DNA of 62,050 nucleotides, the filler included. It is 8 parts of 8 records of this genome, joined end to end, with 100 filler letters (N's around TTAATTAATTAA, not from the genome) between each part and the next. Parts side by side here need not be neighbours in the genome. Positions count along the whole stretch, not along the records: positions 14,816 to 25,957 come from SRR31147125_36107; positions 26,058 to 31,387 come from SRR31147125_36111; 6 more parts are not named here. One strand, written 5' to 3'. Below are positions 19,862-30,487 of this stretch, one piece after another. Under the pieces are notes generated by a model that was given only the letters and a program-made list of their open reading frames with translations, did not search any database and was not told the DNA's origin. A program made the translations under genes and the position numbers. Each line of letters begins with the position of its first letter. The first letter of the stretch is position 1.

Positions 19862-21875
19862 TTTTCCCCTCATATTTGATCATCAGCATGGCAATATCGT
19901 CGTATTGAGGGGCAACATCGGCAAAGGCCTTGAGGTCCTCTTTGATTGTGGTCACTGTTTTTTCACAACTGGTCCCGGTCAGATCAGATACATTATCAAT
20001 CAGGGTCTGCTCCGAATAAAATTCCTCTTTGGGATTCTGGGCCTCGGTCACCCCGTCTGTATACATGAACACCGCCTCCCCCGGGGCCAGGGTCATGGAC
20101 AGCTCCTTGTACGGGATTTCATCCATAATGCCCACCACAGGCCCGGAATTCTCCTTGACGTATTCGCAGTCCCGGGCCGTTGACACCAGGATGGGGGGAT
20201 TGTGACCGCCGTTGCTGTATACAATCTGACCGGTGGAAAGATCAAGGATGCCGATGAAAAGGGTGACAAACATGGACTGGGGGTTGTCGCTGCTGATGGT
20301 GTCATTCACCTCGATCATAATATCGGCCGGACTCTCATGCTTAAAGGCGGACATTTTGATCAGGGTTTTGGTAATGGCCATCATCAGGGCCGCCGGCACC
20401 CCTTTGCCGGAGACATCTCCAATGGTGAAGCAGAGCCGGTCCTCTCCCACGAAAAAGAAGTCGTACAGATCCCCGCCCACCTCTTTGGCCGGTTCCAGGG
20501 AGGCATAGATATCCAGGTCATCCCGTTCGGGGAAGGGAGGGAAAATTTTAGGCAGAAGACCCAGCTGGATTGCCGTGGCAACGTTCAACTCCCCTTCAAT
20601 ACGCTGATTCTCCGCTGTGGTCTCAATTAACTTACGGATATTGTCCTTAAGCTGTTTTTTCATGAAAACAAAGGCCTGGGCCAACCGCCCCACCTCGTCA
20701 CGACTGGTCTCAGCCAGCCAGGCCATATAGGGATCTTCCTCCTCCTCCCGGGTCAGGTCGGTGGATGAAAATTCTTTTACCTTTGAAGCCAGAACATTGA
20801 GGGGCCTGGACATTCTGGACACCACCCAGGCGGTAAACAGGATGGAGCAAAGCAGAATGATGCCGATCAAAGTGCTTTGTTTGGTGGCAATGGCCTTGGC
20901 CGGCTGTTTGATCTCTGCCTCGGGTACGGTCACACCGATATACCAGCCCAGGGGTCTAAAATAAGAGATATATGAGATCATTTCCCGGTCTTGAAACAGG
21001 GGACTTGTATAGGCCAGGAATCCGTCCTCCCGGGCGGCCGCAGCCATGTCCTGCACAACCGTATTTCCGCTGCTCCCGTTTTTTGCCTGCTCAAAGGCCC
21101 TGGCCAGAGTCGGATCGCCAATGGCCAGGACCTTTGAATCTCCGTTAAAAAGAAAGGCAAAGCCGGTTTTACCGATGGTGATCTCCCCAAAGGTTTGGTT
21201 CAGGGTGCTGACGATATGATCCAATGCCCTTTGGGCCTCGGTCTCAATGGTGCCGATATCCACCATGGCCCCGGCCACCCAGTTCCAGGGGCCAAACTTC
21301 TGGGTACAGATTAATACCTTTGACACCTTGTCTTGGCCGGGCGCCTTCCAGTTCACCACGTTGAAAACAGGCTCCCGCCCGTTTGAAGCAGCCGTCACCT
21401 CGGCCATGGTTCTGCGTTTCATGTCCTCAAATTCGCCGATATTAAACCCCAGCAGTCCCGGGTTCGGGTGGGCAATAATGGACAAATTATCATCGGCTAT
21501 AAAAAGGGTGCCAGAGCTTGTCGGGCCAGAACCGGACACCCAGTCCCTGACCATCTGGCGGGCGGTGGCATCGGGCAGGGACGCGCGGCGGACATATCCA
21601 TCCTGCTGATTGATCATCTGGACCATCAATCCCACCCGCTCCTCCAATGCCGTCTTATAACGGGAAACCGAATAAATCTTGTCGGTGATCAGGTTGTTGT
21701 ACTGCCCCTTGATGTTCAAATCGATCAGGGACAGCACATGGCGGGACATCCGATCCTGCTGGGCCAGCATGGCATTTCCGATCTCTTTGTTTGAAATGGA
21801 GATAAGAATCACAGCGGTAATGACCATGATGGAAAGAATCAAGGCAATAATTTTGGACTTCAATGAGGTAAACAT
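19851..21875 (-). CDS. Cache-HAMP-SpoIIE (RsbU-like PP2C) membrane phosphatase
   Basis: IIAHPN and PWNWVAG / PLGWYIG Cache motifs, HAMP DEVGRLAQAF, PP2C motifs GGDLYD, GDVSGKG, YTDGVTEA, DDIAML. Confidence 0.93.
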   Translation of the reverse strand: MFTSLKSKIIALILSIMVITAVILISISNKEIGNAMLAQQDRMSRHVLSLIDLNIKGQYNNLITDKIYSVSRYKTALEERVGLMVQMINQQDGYVRRASLPDATARQMVRDWVSGSGPTSSGTLFIADDNLSIIAHPNPGLLGFNIGEFEDMKRRTMAEVTAASNGREPVFNVVNWKAPGQDKVSKVLICTQKFGPWNWVAGAMVDIGTIETEAQRALDHIVSTLNQTFGEITIGKTGFAFLFNGDSKVLAIGDPTLARAFEQAKNGSSGNTVVQDMAAAAREDGFLAYTSPLFQDREMISYISYFRPLGWYIGVTVPEAEIKQPAKAIATKQSTLIGIILLCSILFTAWVVSRMSRPLNVLASKVKEFSSTDLTREEEEDPYMAWLAETSRDEVGRLAQAFVFMKKQLKDNIRKLIETTAENQRIEGELNVATAIQLGLLPKIFPPFPERDDLDIYASLEPAKEVGGDLYDFFFVGEDRLCFTIGDVSGKGVPAALMMAITKTLIKMSAFKHESPADIMIEVNDTISSDNPQSMFVTLFIGILDLSTGQIVYSNGGHNPPILVSTARDCEYVKENSGPVVGIMDEIPYKELSMTLAPGEAVFMYTDGVTEAQNPKEEFYSEQTLIDNVSDLTGTSCEKTVTTIKEDLKAFADVAPQYDDIAMLMIKYEGKNEA

Positions 21876-22189
21876 GGATCGGCTTCTTTTATCCTAAATT
21901 GTCTTTCCGGGATCTCTTTGCGCCAGGATGAGAGCTTCGGGGCGACGTTTAATTGTAAAAACCTGCGATCCAAGTTATATCTGAACCGGTTTCCTATTTT
22001 CAAGCACTTAATTGTTTTTTGACCGAATAAGTGAAAAGGGGGACAAAGGCGATGCACGCTTTATGATTTCGCCCGAGCTATATGAAAAAAATTATGAAAA
22101 AAAATCCCCCTCGAAATCGACGCATTCCGGGGAAAAGGCTATTGGGGAGATTAGAAAAAGGATGGAGAGAATTCTGCCAGGGGAAAAGA

Positions 22190-22831
22190 TCAGCTTTTTG
22201 TCTGCCGGGATTTATAATATGCCGCCACCCCCATTAAACCGAAAATATAGCCAAGTCCCCCCATGACATCGTTCACAGAGGGGCCTTTATCTTCCATGTC
22301 TGCCAATATTTTCATCATGGGTTTTAACTTCTTATTCAAGGATTTGTCCACGGCCCGTTCAACCATGGCCTCAATCCTTGCCTCACCCAGGCTGGACGCG
22401 GTAAGGGATGTCGCGGGAATTTCCCCGGCCGGCGCGTCAGCCGCTGCCGGAACCGTTGTCCCCACTTGGGTTTCGTCGCTGGAAGGTTCTTTTCCTGTTT
22501 CCTCTGATAGGTCCTCTATGGGAATTTTCCACTCTCCCTTATGACCCATTCCGGCAATGAGTTCAATGCGCATGGCACTTTTTTGGGGAATGATATATGA
22601 AAACTCACCATTGACATCTGTCCGGGTACGCAGCAATTCATTGCCCCGGTCATCCCAGACGATGATCTCGGCATTTTTTGCCCGTTTTCCCCCGCTGAAC
22701 TTGCACTCTCCCAACACCTGGTTTCCCTCTACCCAGGCAAACACCGTGACTTTGTGCCCCCAAGCCGGGCCGCTGAAAACCAGGACAAGAGTCAGGGCCC
22801 ACAGGAGCCTGCCAATACGTCTTGAGTTCAT
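22190..22831 (-). CDS. Periplasmic membrane-anchored NikL/CbiL-like accessory protein of Ni/Co uptake
   Basis: Signal peptide then HKVTVFAWVEG, transthyretin-like RTDVNGEFSY, GMGH, C-terminal TM MGGLGYIFGLMG. GGGGAG RBS before ATG 22831. Confidence 0.7.
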   Translation of the reverse strand: MNSRRIGRLLWALTLVLVFSGPAWGHKVTVFAWVEGNQVLGECKFSGGKRAKNAEIIVWDDRGNELLRTRTDVNGEFSYIIPQKSAMRIELIAGMGHKGEWKIPIEDLSEETGKEPSSDETQVGTTVPAAADAPAGEIPATSLTASSLGEARIEAMVERAVDKSLNKKLKPMMKILADMEDKGPSVNDVMGGLGYIFGLMGVAAYYKSRQTKS

Positions 22832-22845
22832 ATTCTCTCCCCTCC

Positions 22846-22879
22846 GGCCCCAGTGCCGCCAAAGGGCGGCACTGGGGCC
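22846..22879. promoter_or_regulatory. Perfect 15-bp GC-rich hairpin inside the operon
   Basis: GGCCCCAGTGCCGCC-AAAG-GGCGGCACTGGGGCC. No U-tract in the transcribed (-) direction. Confidence 0.6.
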
Positions 22880-22889
22880 TGGGTCTTTT

Positions 22890-23669
22890 TTATTTTGTCT
22901 GCCAGTCCTCAAACTTTACCCAGATGACGGCGCCCAGTTCCACGCTTTTTTCCTGCCCCTCCAATTTGAGGGTAAAATCCGCCTCGTTCAAAGCGGCAAA
23001 TCCCCACCACCCTGATTTGGGAGCGGCATAGGTAAACACACCGTTGGCATCAGCCTTGATGGTCTGGGTCACCATGTAATCCGTGGGGGCTTGGGAGTGA
23101 CCGTCTTCATTATAGTATTCCACTTCCACCTCAGCATAGGGCACGGGGTTACCGTCCATTTTCACAATGCCCTGGAACACATTGCCGGTATACTGGGCAA
23201 AGGGCTTGGCCAGGGGAACGATCTCGGTTTTCAGGCCGATCTCCGCATCCCATCCCTCATCATCGCCAAAGGAAGTGACCACGGTTTTGGTATAGTGGAT
23301 GATAAAACAATCTTCTGCAGGTTCCCAATAGGGCACAGGCTCCATGTAAAACATGTAGACCCCCGGCCGCTTGATTTTATAATCGGTTTTCCAGGCCTTG
23401 TGGTTCATCACCTTTGCCTGTTTCAGGGTACCCAGCAAATCCTGGGATTCACCATTGGCCATCACCGAAAACACCTTGGGCGTACCCAGTTCCATTCCGA
23501 TCCCCTCAAAGGGATGGGAAAAAGAGGCTGTAATCTGGATGGTTCTTGCATCATCCTGCATCACCATATTATCCGAAGGGATGACCATTCCGTAATGGGC
23601 CTGGGCTGAGAACGCGGCAGCACCAACAATAAACACAACACAACAAATTGAAATTATAGCTTTTTTCAT
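22890..23669 (-). CDS. DUF4198 periplasmic protein (Ni/Co uptake-associated)
   Basis: Signal peptide, mature N-terminal [33 protein letters not shown]. Confidence 0.85.
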   Translation of the reverse strand: MKKAIISICCVVFIVGAAAFSAQAHYGMVIPSDNMVMQDDARTIQITASFSHPFEGIGMELGTPKVFSVMANGESQDLLGTLKQAKVMNHKAWKTDYKIKRPGVYMFYMEPVPYWEPAEDCFIIHYTKTVVTSFGDDEGWDAEIGLKTEIVPLAKPFAQYTGNVFQGIVKMDGNPVPYAEVEVEYYNEDGHSQAPTDYMVTQTIKADANGVFTYAAPKSGWWGFAALNEADFTLKLEGQEKSVELGAVIWVKFEDWQTK

Positions 23670-23941
23670 TATCCTACCCTCTCCTTAGTATCATGTATAG
23701 ATCCTATAATAGACCGCCTTTAACGGCTATTATCCCTTGTCACAACCTTCATGGCAGGATTGGTATAAATAAAACAGGTGTACTGACGTGTATGACAGGC
23801 TTCGTGCCCGCGGTTAGATGTAAAAGAGACTTACACCAGAACCCGGCCCGAATCAATAAAAAAATACAGGATCCGGCCAGGGCCGAAATCAACTGACTGC
23901 AAGGCCTTAGGGTTGAAACCGCCCTGAAAAACGCCGGACAC

Positions 23942-24442
23942 TCAGGAGGCAGCCATCCCCTTATGGGTATTAACCAGACCCTTTCTGGCAAAGAGGTGAA
24001 AATAAATATCTGCAATATAGACCACCCCCAAAAGCCTGCCGTCTTCCAGCACAGGCAGCCTGTGGTACTTGTTTTTCACCATCCGGTCCAGGATAGCCAT
24101 CAGATGTTCATCCGGAAGGGCCCCCACGATTTCCGTGCTCATGACCTCTTGGATTTTCTTTTTAACCAGCTCCTTTTTGCAGGTTTTCACCAGGCCGATC
24201 CAGGAGACATCCCTGCCGTCCACCCCGTAGTTCAGGAACCCGGGCCTCAGGTGATAAAGGATGTCAAACATGGTGACAATACCCACAAACCGGTTCTGGT
24301 CATCCACCACCATGAGGCTGGTGGTCTTATCCCCGGTCTCCCGGGTCCTGCCGCAGAAAATCATCTTAATGGCGGTTTCCACAGGTTCGCTGGCCTTAAC
24401 CGTGTCAAACTCCGTGACCATAATCTCTTTTGCAAATATCAT
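23942..24442 (-). CDS. CBS-pair domain protein
   Basis: AKEIM, LMVVDDQNRFVGIVTMFDIL, RLPVLEDGRLLGVV. Start chosen at ATG 24442 after an AAGGA RBS. Confidence 0.85.
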   Translation of the reverse strand: MIFAKEIMVTEFDTVKASEPVETAIKMIFCGRTRETGDKTTSLMVVDDQNRFVGIVTMFDILYHLRPGFLNYGVDGRDVSWIGLVKTCKKELVKKKIQEVMSTEIVGALPDEHLMAILDRMVKNKYHRLPVLEDGRLLGVVYIADIYFHLFARKGLVNTHKGMAAS

Positions 24443-24589
24443 TGGGTTTCCTTTCCCGGCATCCGCAGGATACGGCCGGTGCAATCTATTTTAAAGGGGG
24501 TGTATAAATATGGCATAATTCAAGATGATACAAGTGATTTGTTAATTTCAAGGCGACCACAGCGTTTTTCGCCTGGGAAAAGATGACTG

Positions 24590-25224
24590 CTAAGTCGCTT
24601 TATTTCTCAGGCGAAGTATTCCAAAGCCAAAGGCTATAAAAATCGTTCCAGATACGCGGTTAAACCATATGGCCCTGCGTCCCTTTGTAAACCATTTTTG
24701 AACGGATCGAGCACCCATTGCGTAACCCAATAGAACAACAAAAGAATAGAACATAAATGTTGTTGTTAAGATAACAAACTGACCCATGACAGGCTTTGAC
24801 AAGTCAATGAATTGGGGGAATAATGCTGTAAAAAATATAATGGCTTTGGGGTTAGAAATGGCAACCAAGAGACCATGGAGAAATGATTTGCGACGCTGTT
24901 GGTAAGTTTGATCCCGTTCAATGGAGGCTTCAAAAATATTGACGGGGACCTCCATTGCCGAATCCCCAGGTAAATTAAATAGATGGCTCCGACTGCTTTT
25001 AAATTCACAAACAAAACCGTCGAGGTCTGCAACACGGCACCCAAGCCTAGAACAGCGGCACCCGAGACGATGAAGATCCCCACAATGTTGCCCAGAGAAG
25101 AATATATGGATTCACGGAATCCATGCATGAGACTATTTGTTATTGATAGAAGCACAGCGGGACCGGGGCTGATCACAGCGATAAGAGCAATCCCTGAATA
25201 TACCAACCAAGTAGACAATTCCAT
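24590..25224 (-). CDS. LysE/RhtB family exporter; one frameshift near 24947
   Basis: SPGPAVLL, GAIYLIYLG, SNPKAIIFFTALFPQF. C4 to C5 restores WRSPVNIF. Confidence 0.88.
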
Positions 25225-25329
25225 AAATTCACCTTAACCTGATGAAAGTTAAATGGTATTTTGATATCTGAATTTAACCCATGTCCTGAATCAAAGCCGG
25301 GGTGTCAACATCCCTCTGGACAGCCTATT

Positions 25330-25957
25330 TTATATCCGGATCTGCCCGGTAAAGGCAAGGGTGGCAGGGCCGGTCTTAAAGATATGGTTGGTTTCCCGGT
25401 CCCAGCGGATGGACAGGTCCCCCCCGTCCAGATGGACAATGGCCTCATTGCCGGTCCGTCCGGTCAGGCTGGCCGCCACAAGGCTGGCGCAGGCCCCGGT
25501 GCCGCAGGCCAGGGTGATGCCGGCCCCCCGCTCCCAGACCCGCATCCTGAACTCTTTTTCAGAAATCACCTGGACGAACTCCACATTGGTCTTTTCCGGA
25601 AACCGGTGGTGAATTTCCACGGCCCTGCCCTGACCGGCCAGATCCACGGCATCAATATTCCCCGAAAAAACAACGGCATGGGGATTACCCATGGACACCG
25701 GCGTCACCTGTATCGGGCCGTCCGTGGTTTCAATATTTTCCTCCAGGGCCAAGGACTGATCCGAGACAAAGGGGATCTGTGAGGAATCCAGCACAGGTTC
25801 CCCCATATCCACACACACAGACCCCACCTGCCCCTCTTGGTCCAGGCTCAGCCGTGGCACCACAGTGCCAGCCAGGGTTTCCACCTGCATCTGCTCTTTG
25901 TTCAGGATGCCTTTGTCATAGAGGAACTTTGCAAAGCAGCGCATGCCGTTGCCGCAC
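25330..25957 (-). CDS. dapF: Diaminopimelate epimerase (5'-truncated)
   Basis: CGNGMRC, SMGNPHAV, NVEF, RVWERGAGITLACGTGACA. Confidence 0.96.
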
Positions 25958-26057
25958 NNNNNNNNNNNNNNNNNNNNNNNNNNNNNNNNNNNNNNNNNNN
26001 NTTAATTAATTAANNNNNNNNNNNNNNNNNNNNNNNNNNNNNNNNNNNNNNNNNNNN
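25958..26057. other. Artificial contig spacer
   Basis: N44-TTAATTAATTAA-N44. Confidence 0.99.
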
Positions 26058-26149
26058 TGTTTTTTACGTGGTTATCAAGAACACGTGGTTAATAATGGCC
26101 GCAAAGATAGAAAAATGTCTGAGAACCAAAAATGAATCGAAAGAAGCAG

Positions 26150-27028
26150 CTATTTTGTTAATTTATAGGCTTTTACCTGGTTTTTAAAGAATGTTGGAAC
26201 GTACAGAATTTGTTCATCAATGCAGAAATCAGCATCCGCTGCGTTTTCTTCAAGGGCTATCGTATTTAAAAGTTCTGTTATTTCACCTTTTGCTGATACA
26301 TAATTTACAGCACCTTTCCAGTTTGTGCAGATATAAGCACCGTCACCAACAGGAGAAATACCATCGCCATGTCCCATTTCTTCAGCAATAACTTTTGCCT
26401 GCATAGTAATCCATGGAATTTCGTAAAACAGGCTGCTGTTACTGGTTAATAAAAGCATTCGGTCTTTTTCCCAATACAAACCATTGAAGCGTTCGCCTTC
26501 GTTTCCGGTAAATATTGGTTTTAATTCGCCTTCAGCAAGTTTATAAATGCTTACCGAACCCGATCCCGAAACATAAACAGTTCCGTCATCGGCCACCGTA
26601 ATATCGTTCAGGTCGGGTTTGCCTTCCATTTCTATTTTATTGATTATTTCACCTGTTTCAATGTTAGCTTCAACCAAAGTATTAATATCGGCAATAAACA
26701 AAGACGAACCACTAATTCCCATTCCTTTGGGGCCGTTTAATCCCTCAATCCATTTCAGATCGATAATTTTTCCCGACTTGTCCATTTTGGAAATAAAACC
26801 ATTCCCATCTTTTTCCCATGGATTTTCATTCACACACGAAACGTAAAGGATATTGCGTTTGCGATCGAGTAATACCGATTCGGGTGTGCGCACTGTTGTG
26901 TCTGATTCCCAGAGTAATTCTAACTTGGGGCTTGTTATGTTTGCCGCCTTTTCTGTTGTTTGTTTTTTTGTTGTTGTATTACACGAAACAGCAGATACAA
27001 AAAGGATAAGGAACAATATGTTTTTCAT
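26150..27028 (-). CDS. Lipoprotein, SMP-30/gluconolactonase-like six-bladed beta-propeller
   Basis: Lipobox SAVSC, TPESV, DGNGFISK, GLNGPKGM, LNDITV, GDGI. Confidence 0.75.
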   Translation of the reverse strand: MKNILFLILFVSAVSCNTTTKKQTTEKAANITSPKLELLWESDTTVRTPESVLLDRKRNILYVSCVNENPWEKDGNGFISKMDKSGKIIDLKWIEGLNGPKGMGISGSSLFIADINTLVEANIETGEIINKIEMEGKPDLNDITVADDGTVYVSGSGSVSIYKLAEGELKPIFTGNEGERFNGLYWEKDRMLLLTSNSSLFYEIPWITMQAKVIAEEMGHGDGISPVGDGAYICTNWKGAVNYVSAKGEITELLNTIALEENAADADFCIDEQILYVPTFFKNQVKAYKLTK

Positions 27029-27047
27029 TTTCGGATATTTTGCAATG

Positions 27048-28919
27048 TTATTCAATAAAGTTACCGAAATGATTAACATCTTTCAAGTAAAAAGGTTTTG
27101 CAAAACTGTCAAGAAGAACGGCAAATCCTTCGCGAGAAATTCTTTGTTTTTTATTCTGAATTGTAAGGTTGTGCTGCCCCAGTATATTTTTTGCTTTTAG
27201 CTCCATTTTTTTAGGGGCCTTTAAATTGTATTTATCCAGAAATTGTCGAATAACTTCGAGGGCTTCGTAATATGAAATATTATCTGAATGGAACTGTAAG
27301 TTGTTGGCCGGTAGCCAGTTTTTTAATCCGTCTTTTAACGCCGTTGCAGTTAAAACACTGTCGGGGTAAAAATGCGTGTGATTTTCCCAGCCAATATTTT
27401 TGCCTTCGCCTTTTAAAATTCCTGTGGCACCAATTCGTTGAATGGCTTTAAAAGAAGCTCGTTTTTCGCTTACATCAGAATAAGGCATTAAAAAGGCTCC
27501 CAATTTTAATAATTCATTCTGAACTTCGCGTACCGAAATTTTTTCAGGAGTTAATTTATTTTGAACTGAAAGCGCGGCCAGTGTTCCCGCAGCCTGACCA
27601 ATTAATAAACAAACCGGTTGCAAGCGGGTAGTGCCGTTTACCAGGTTGGTTACAGAAATTGATTTTTCGGCAACAATAAAATTTTCTGTGTTTTTCGGAA
27701 TTAAAGTTCCCAGCGGTAACGAGTACGATGGAACCGGATAAAAATGCAGGTCGGGTAAATTTTTAGCTTCAGGGTAGGCGGCATGGTGATGATCGATTGG
27801 GTAATCGCCAACTGCAATTCCGGTACGGTATAAAGCTGTTTTTTGTTCAAACGGACGAGCCAAATCATTCACTGTAAATTGTACAAGTCCTTTTATTCTG
27901 CGCGATTCACGATGATAGGGAATAAATGGTAACCCGTCTTCTGTTGGGAAAATATCATCGGCAATGCCATAGTTTTTAAAGTCCAGTTCGGTTTGTAAAT
28001 AATACAAATATTGTAGGGTGAAATTCTTGGCTTTTTCCAGTTCTTTTTCCCTTTCTTCGGGCGAGAGTTCAATAATATTCAGATAGAAATCGTTGCCGTA
28101 AATGGGCCAGTTAATCATGTAATAATCGTTGGGCAATTTGCCGTAGGTCATCATTTTTTCGCAGGGCCACAAAGTTCTGCCAATGTCTTCCTGTTTACAT
28201 TTCCCGGCGCAGGTACATAAAAATGGAGTCGGATTGTAACCGGCAGGTTTTGCAATGGTTTTATCTGCTCCTTCTCCGTAATCTTTTAAAACCGCAACGT
28301 AAGTCATGTCCTGGATAATGTTGTTTGCTTTTTCGGGTGCAATATCTTCACCGGTTTCGTAACGCGAGTCCATTCCTATATCGTAAGGAATTCCAACGGC
28401 TTTAGCTACATCGCCAAGTTCGGTGGCATCAATTACAATTTTAGCTTGAATAGTAAATGTATTATCGTTATTAATTGTAGCCAGCCAGCCTTCTTCGTTC
28501 TTCACTATTGCTTTTAAACTCGATTCGCGGTAAACCGAAAGTTTCTTCTCTTTCGATACCATTTCGGTGAGTATTTTTTCTCCAACATGTGGTTCGAACT
28601 GAACGTTACTCACCCAGCCGGTTTTTAATGCTTCTTCTCCGCCATAATAATTATTCAAATTTTGCCTGAATTCTTCCCACAAACCCGAGTGTAACCTGTA
28701 ATTTCCATCAATTGCACTTACTCCTGCCGAAGTCAGCATGCCACCTAACCAAGGTGTTTCTTCCGCAATAATTGTCGAAACTCCCATTCGGGCTGCCTGT
28801 ATCCCGGACATTGTTCCACTGGCACCACCGCCAATAATTAGAACATCGGTTTTTACATTTTGTGCCGAAAGAAAAAGGGGGCCGAACAATATGCTTATGA
28901 TGATTATAAGTTTGTGCAT
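27048..28919 (-). CDS. Secreted FAD-dependent oxidoreductase (FAD_oxidored family)
   Basis: Signal peptide, IIGGGASG, LGGMLTSAGV, IDATELGD, YHRESRR, GQAAG. Confidence 0.87.
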   Translation of the reverse strand: MHKLIIIISILFGPLFLSAQNVKTDVLIIGGGASGTMSGIQAARMGVSTIIAEETPWLGGMLTSAGVSAIDGNYRLHSGLWEEFRQNLNNYYGGEEALKTGWVSNVQFEPHVGEKILTEMVSKEKKLSVYRESSLKAIVKNEEGWLATINNDNTFTIQAKIVIDATELGDVAKAVGIPYDIGMDSRYETGEDIAPEKANNIIQDMTYVAVLKDYGEGADKTIAKPAGYNPTPFLCTCAGKCKQEDIGRTLWPCEKMMTYGKLPNDYYMINWPIYGNDFYLNIIELSPEEREKELEKAKNFTLQYLYYLQTELDFKNYGIADDIFPTEDGLPFIPYHRESRRIKGLVQFTVNDLARPFEQKTALYRTGIAVGDYPIDHHHAAYPEAKNLPDLHFYPVPSYSLPLGTLIPKNTENFIVAEKSISVTNLVNGTTRLQPVCLLIGQAAGTLAALSVQNKLTPEKISVREVQNELLKLGAFLMPYSDVSEKRASFKAIQRIGATGILKGEGKNIGWENHTHFYPDSVLTATALKDGLKNWLPANNLQFHSDNISYYEALEVIRQFLDKYNLKAPKKMELKAKNILGQHNLTIQNKKQRISREGFAVLLDSFAKPFYLKDVNHFGNFIE

Positions 28920-29059
28920 TGCTTTATCAGATTACTTTATTAATCAGTGTAAAGCTATAAAAAACGAAGAAAATGTTTTGTAAAAAATTAAAAAGAACGA
29001 ATTGCCTTTTGGAAATGTTTTGTAATTTGTAAGCCAATAAATCTAACAATAACCACAAA

Positions 29060-30403
29060 ATGAACAAGAACGAACTTAACCGACGTAATTTTATTACAAA
29101 AGCTGCTGTTGGAACACTTGGGGCAGCAACAGTAATTTCTGCCTGTTCGAAGGATAAATCAAAGGTAAAACCGATAGAAGAACCGCCGGCTTTATTAAAT
29201 AAGGCTCCAGACGGGAAAGTTGTAAAGGCCGGACTAATTGGTTGCGGAGGACGCGGAACCGGTGCCGCACTAAACTTTTTAAATGCCGGCGATAAACTTG
29301 AAATTATTGCTTTGGGCGATGTGTTTCAGGACAAAATTGATAACTGCCGCGCAAAACTGAAAGAAGAAAAAGGCGTTGAAATTGCCGACGAAAAATGTTT
29401 TATTGGTTTCGATAGTTTTCAAAAAGTAATCGATTCGGGAGTAGATTTGGTTTTGCTTTGCACGCCACCACATTTCCGACCTGCTCATGTTCAGGCTGCC
29501 ATAAACGCACGTAAAAATGTTTTTATGGAAAAACCTTGTGCGGTTGATCCGGCTGGAGCGCGTTCTGTTTTGGCATCGGCAAAAAAGGCTGAAGCACTGG
29601 GACTTTGTATGGTAAGCGGAACAATTCGTCGTGTTCAGAAAGATTATATGACCACGCAAATGAAAGTTGCCAACGGCGAAATTGGTGAAATTGTTGGTGC
29701 CAATATTTTACGAAACGGAGGAGCTTTGTGGCACCGGAAACGCAGAGCGGAATGGTCGGACATGGAATACATGCTTAGAAACTGGGTGAATTTTTGCTGG
29801 CTTTCGGGCGATCATATTACCGAGCAGTTTATTCACGAAGTTGATGTAATGAGCTGGCATATGGGACGTACGCCTGAAAAAGCTGTTGGTTGGGGCGGAC
29901 GACAACGGCGTTTAACCGGCGACCAGTATGATTTTTTCAGTATAGAATATGTTTACGAAAATGGAATGCGTACGCATTGTGCTGCCCGCCAGATAAATGG
30001 TTGTACCAATGGCAAAGTTGAACGTATTGTTGGCACAAAAGGTACAGCAATTGCTTCGGGTAAGATTTTAGATTTAGACGGAAATGAAATCTGGAAGTAT
30101 CCAAAACCGGCCGATGAGGATACTGAATCGAAATGGAGAATTACAAATCCGTTTGTGCAGGAACATATTAATTTGGTAACCGGAATAAGAACCGGAAAAG
30201 CTGTAAACGATGCCGAAGCTCAGGTGAATTCAACCTTAATGACAATTATGGGACGGATTGCTGCCTACACCGGGAAAGAAGTAAGCTGGGACGAAGTGAT
30301 GAATATGGATTTATACCTTGGCCCGAAAACTTATTCGTTTGGCCCGGTTCCTGAAGTGAAAGAAGAAGTGCCGTTGGCCGGAGTTGCCAATAAACTTATT
30401 TAG
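29060..30403 (+). CDS. Tat-exported Gfo/Idh/MocA oxidoreductase
   Basis: Tat motif NRRNFI, GLIGCGGRG, TPPHFR, MEKP. Confidence 0.92.
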   Translation: MNKNELNRRNFITKAAVGTLGAATVISACSKDKSKVKPIEEPPALLNKAPDGKVVKAGLIGCGGRGTGAALNFLNAGDKLEIIALGDVFQDKIDNCRAKLKEEKGVEIADEKCFIGFDSFQKVIDSGVDLVLLCTPPHFRPAHVQAAINARKNVFMEKPCAVDPAGARSVLASAKKAEALGLCMVSGTIRRVQKDYMTTQMKVANGEIGEIVGANILRNGGALWHRKRRAEWSDMEYMLRNWVNFCWLSGDHITEQFIHEVDVMSWHMGRTPEKAVGWGGRQRRLTGDQYDFFSIEYVYENGMRTHCAARQINGCTNGKVERIVGTKGTAIASGKILDLDGNEIWKYPKPADEDTESKWRITNPFVQEHINLVTGIRTGKAVNDAEAQVNSTLMTIMGRIAAYTGKEVSWDEVMNMDLYLGPKTYSFGPVPEVKEEVPLAGVANKLI

Positions 30404-30416
30404 TTTAAAGTTGAGC

Positions 30417-30447
30417 TTCACCCCTTGACTTTAGCTCACCGGGTGAA
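30417..30447. repeat. Short REP-like palindrome
   Basis: TTCACCC-CTTGACTTTAGCTCACC-GGGTGAA. The CTTTAG core recurs in the palindromes of contig 8. Confidence 0.45.
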
Positions 30448-30487
30448 TACTTTTATAGAATTAATATTCCATTTAAATTTTTTAGAA

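Noticed and set aside
23670-23940. Cobalamin riboswitch or NikR operator upstream of DUF4198
   Set aside because: No B12-box recognised, and the GTATGA half-site has no matching inverted half-site.
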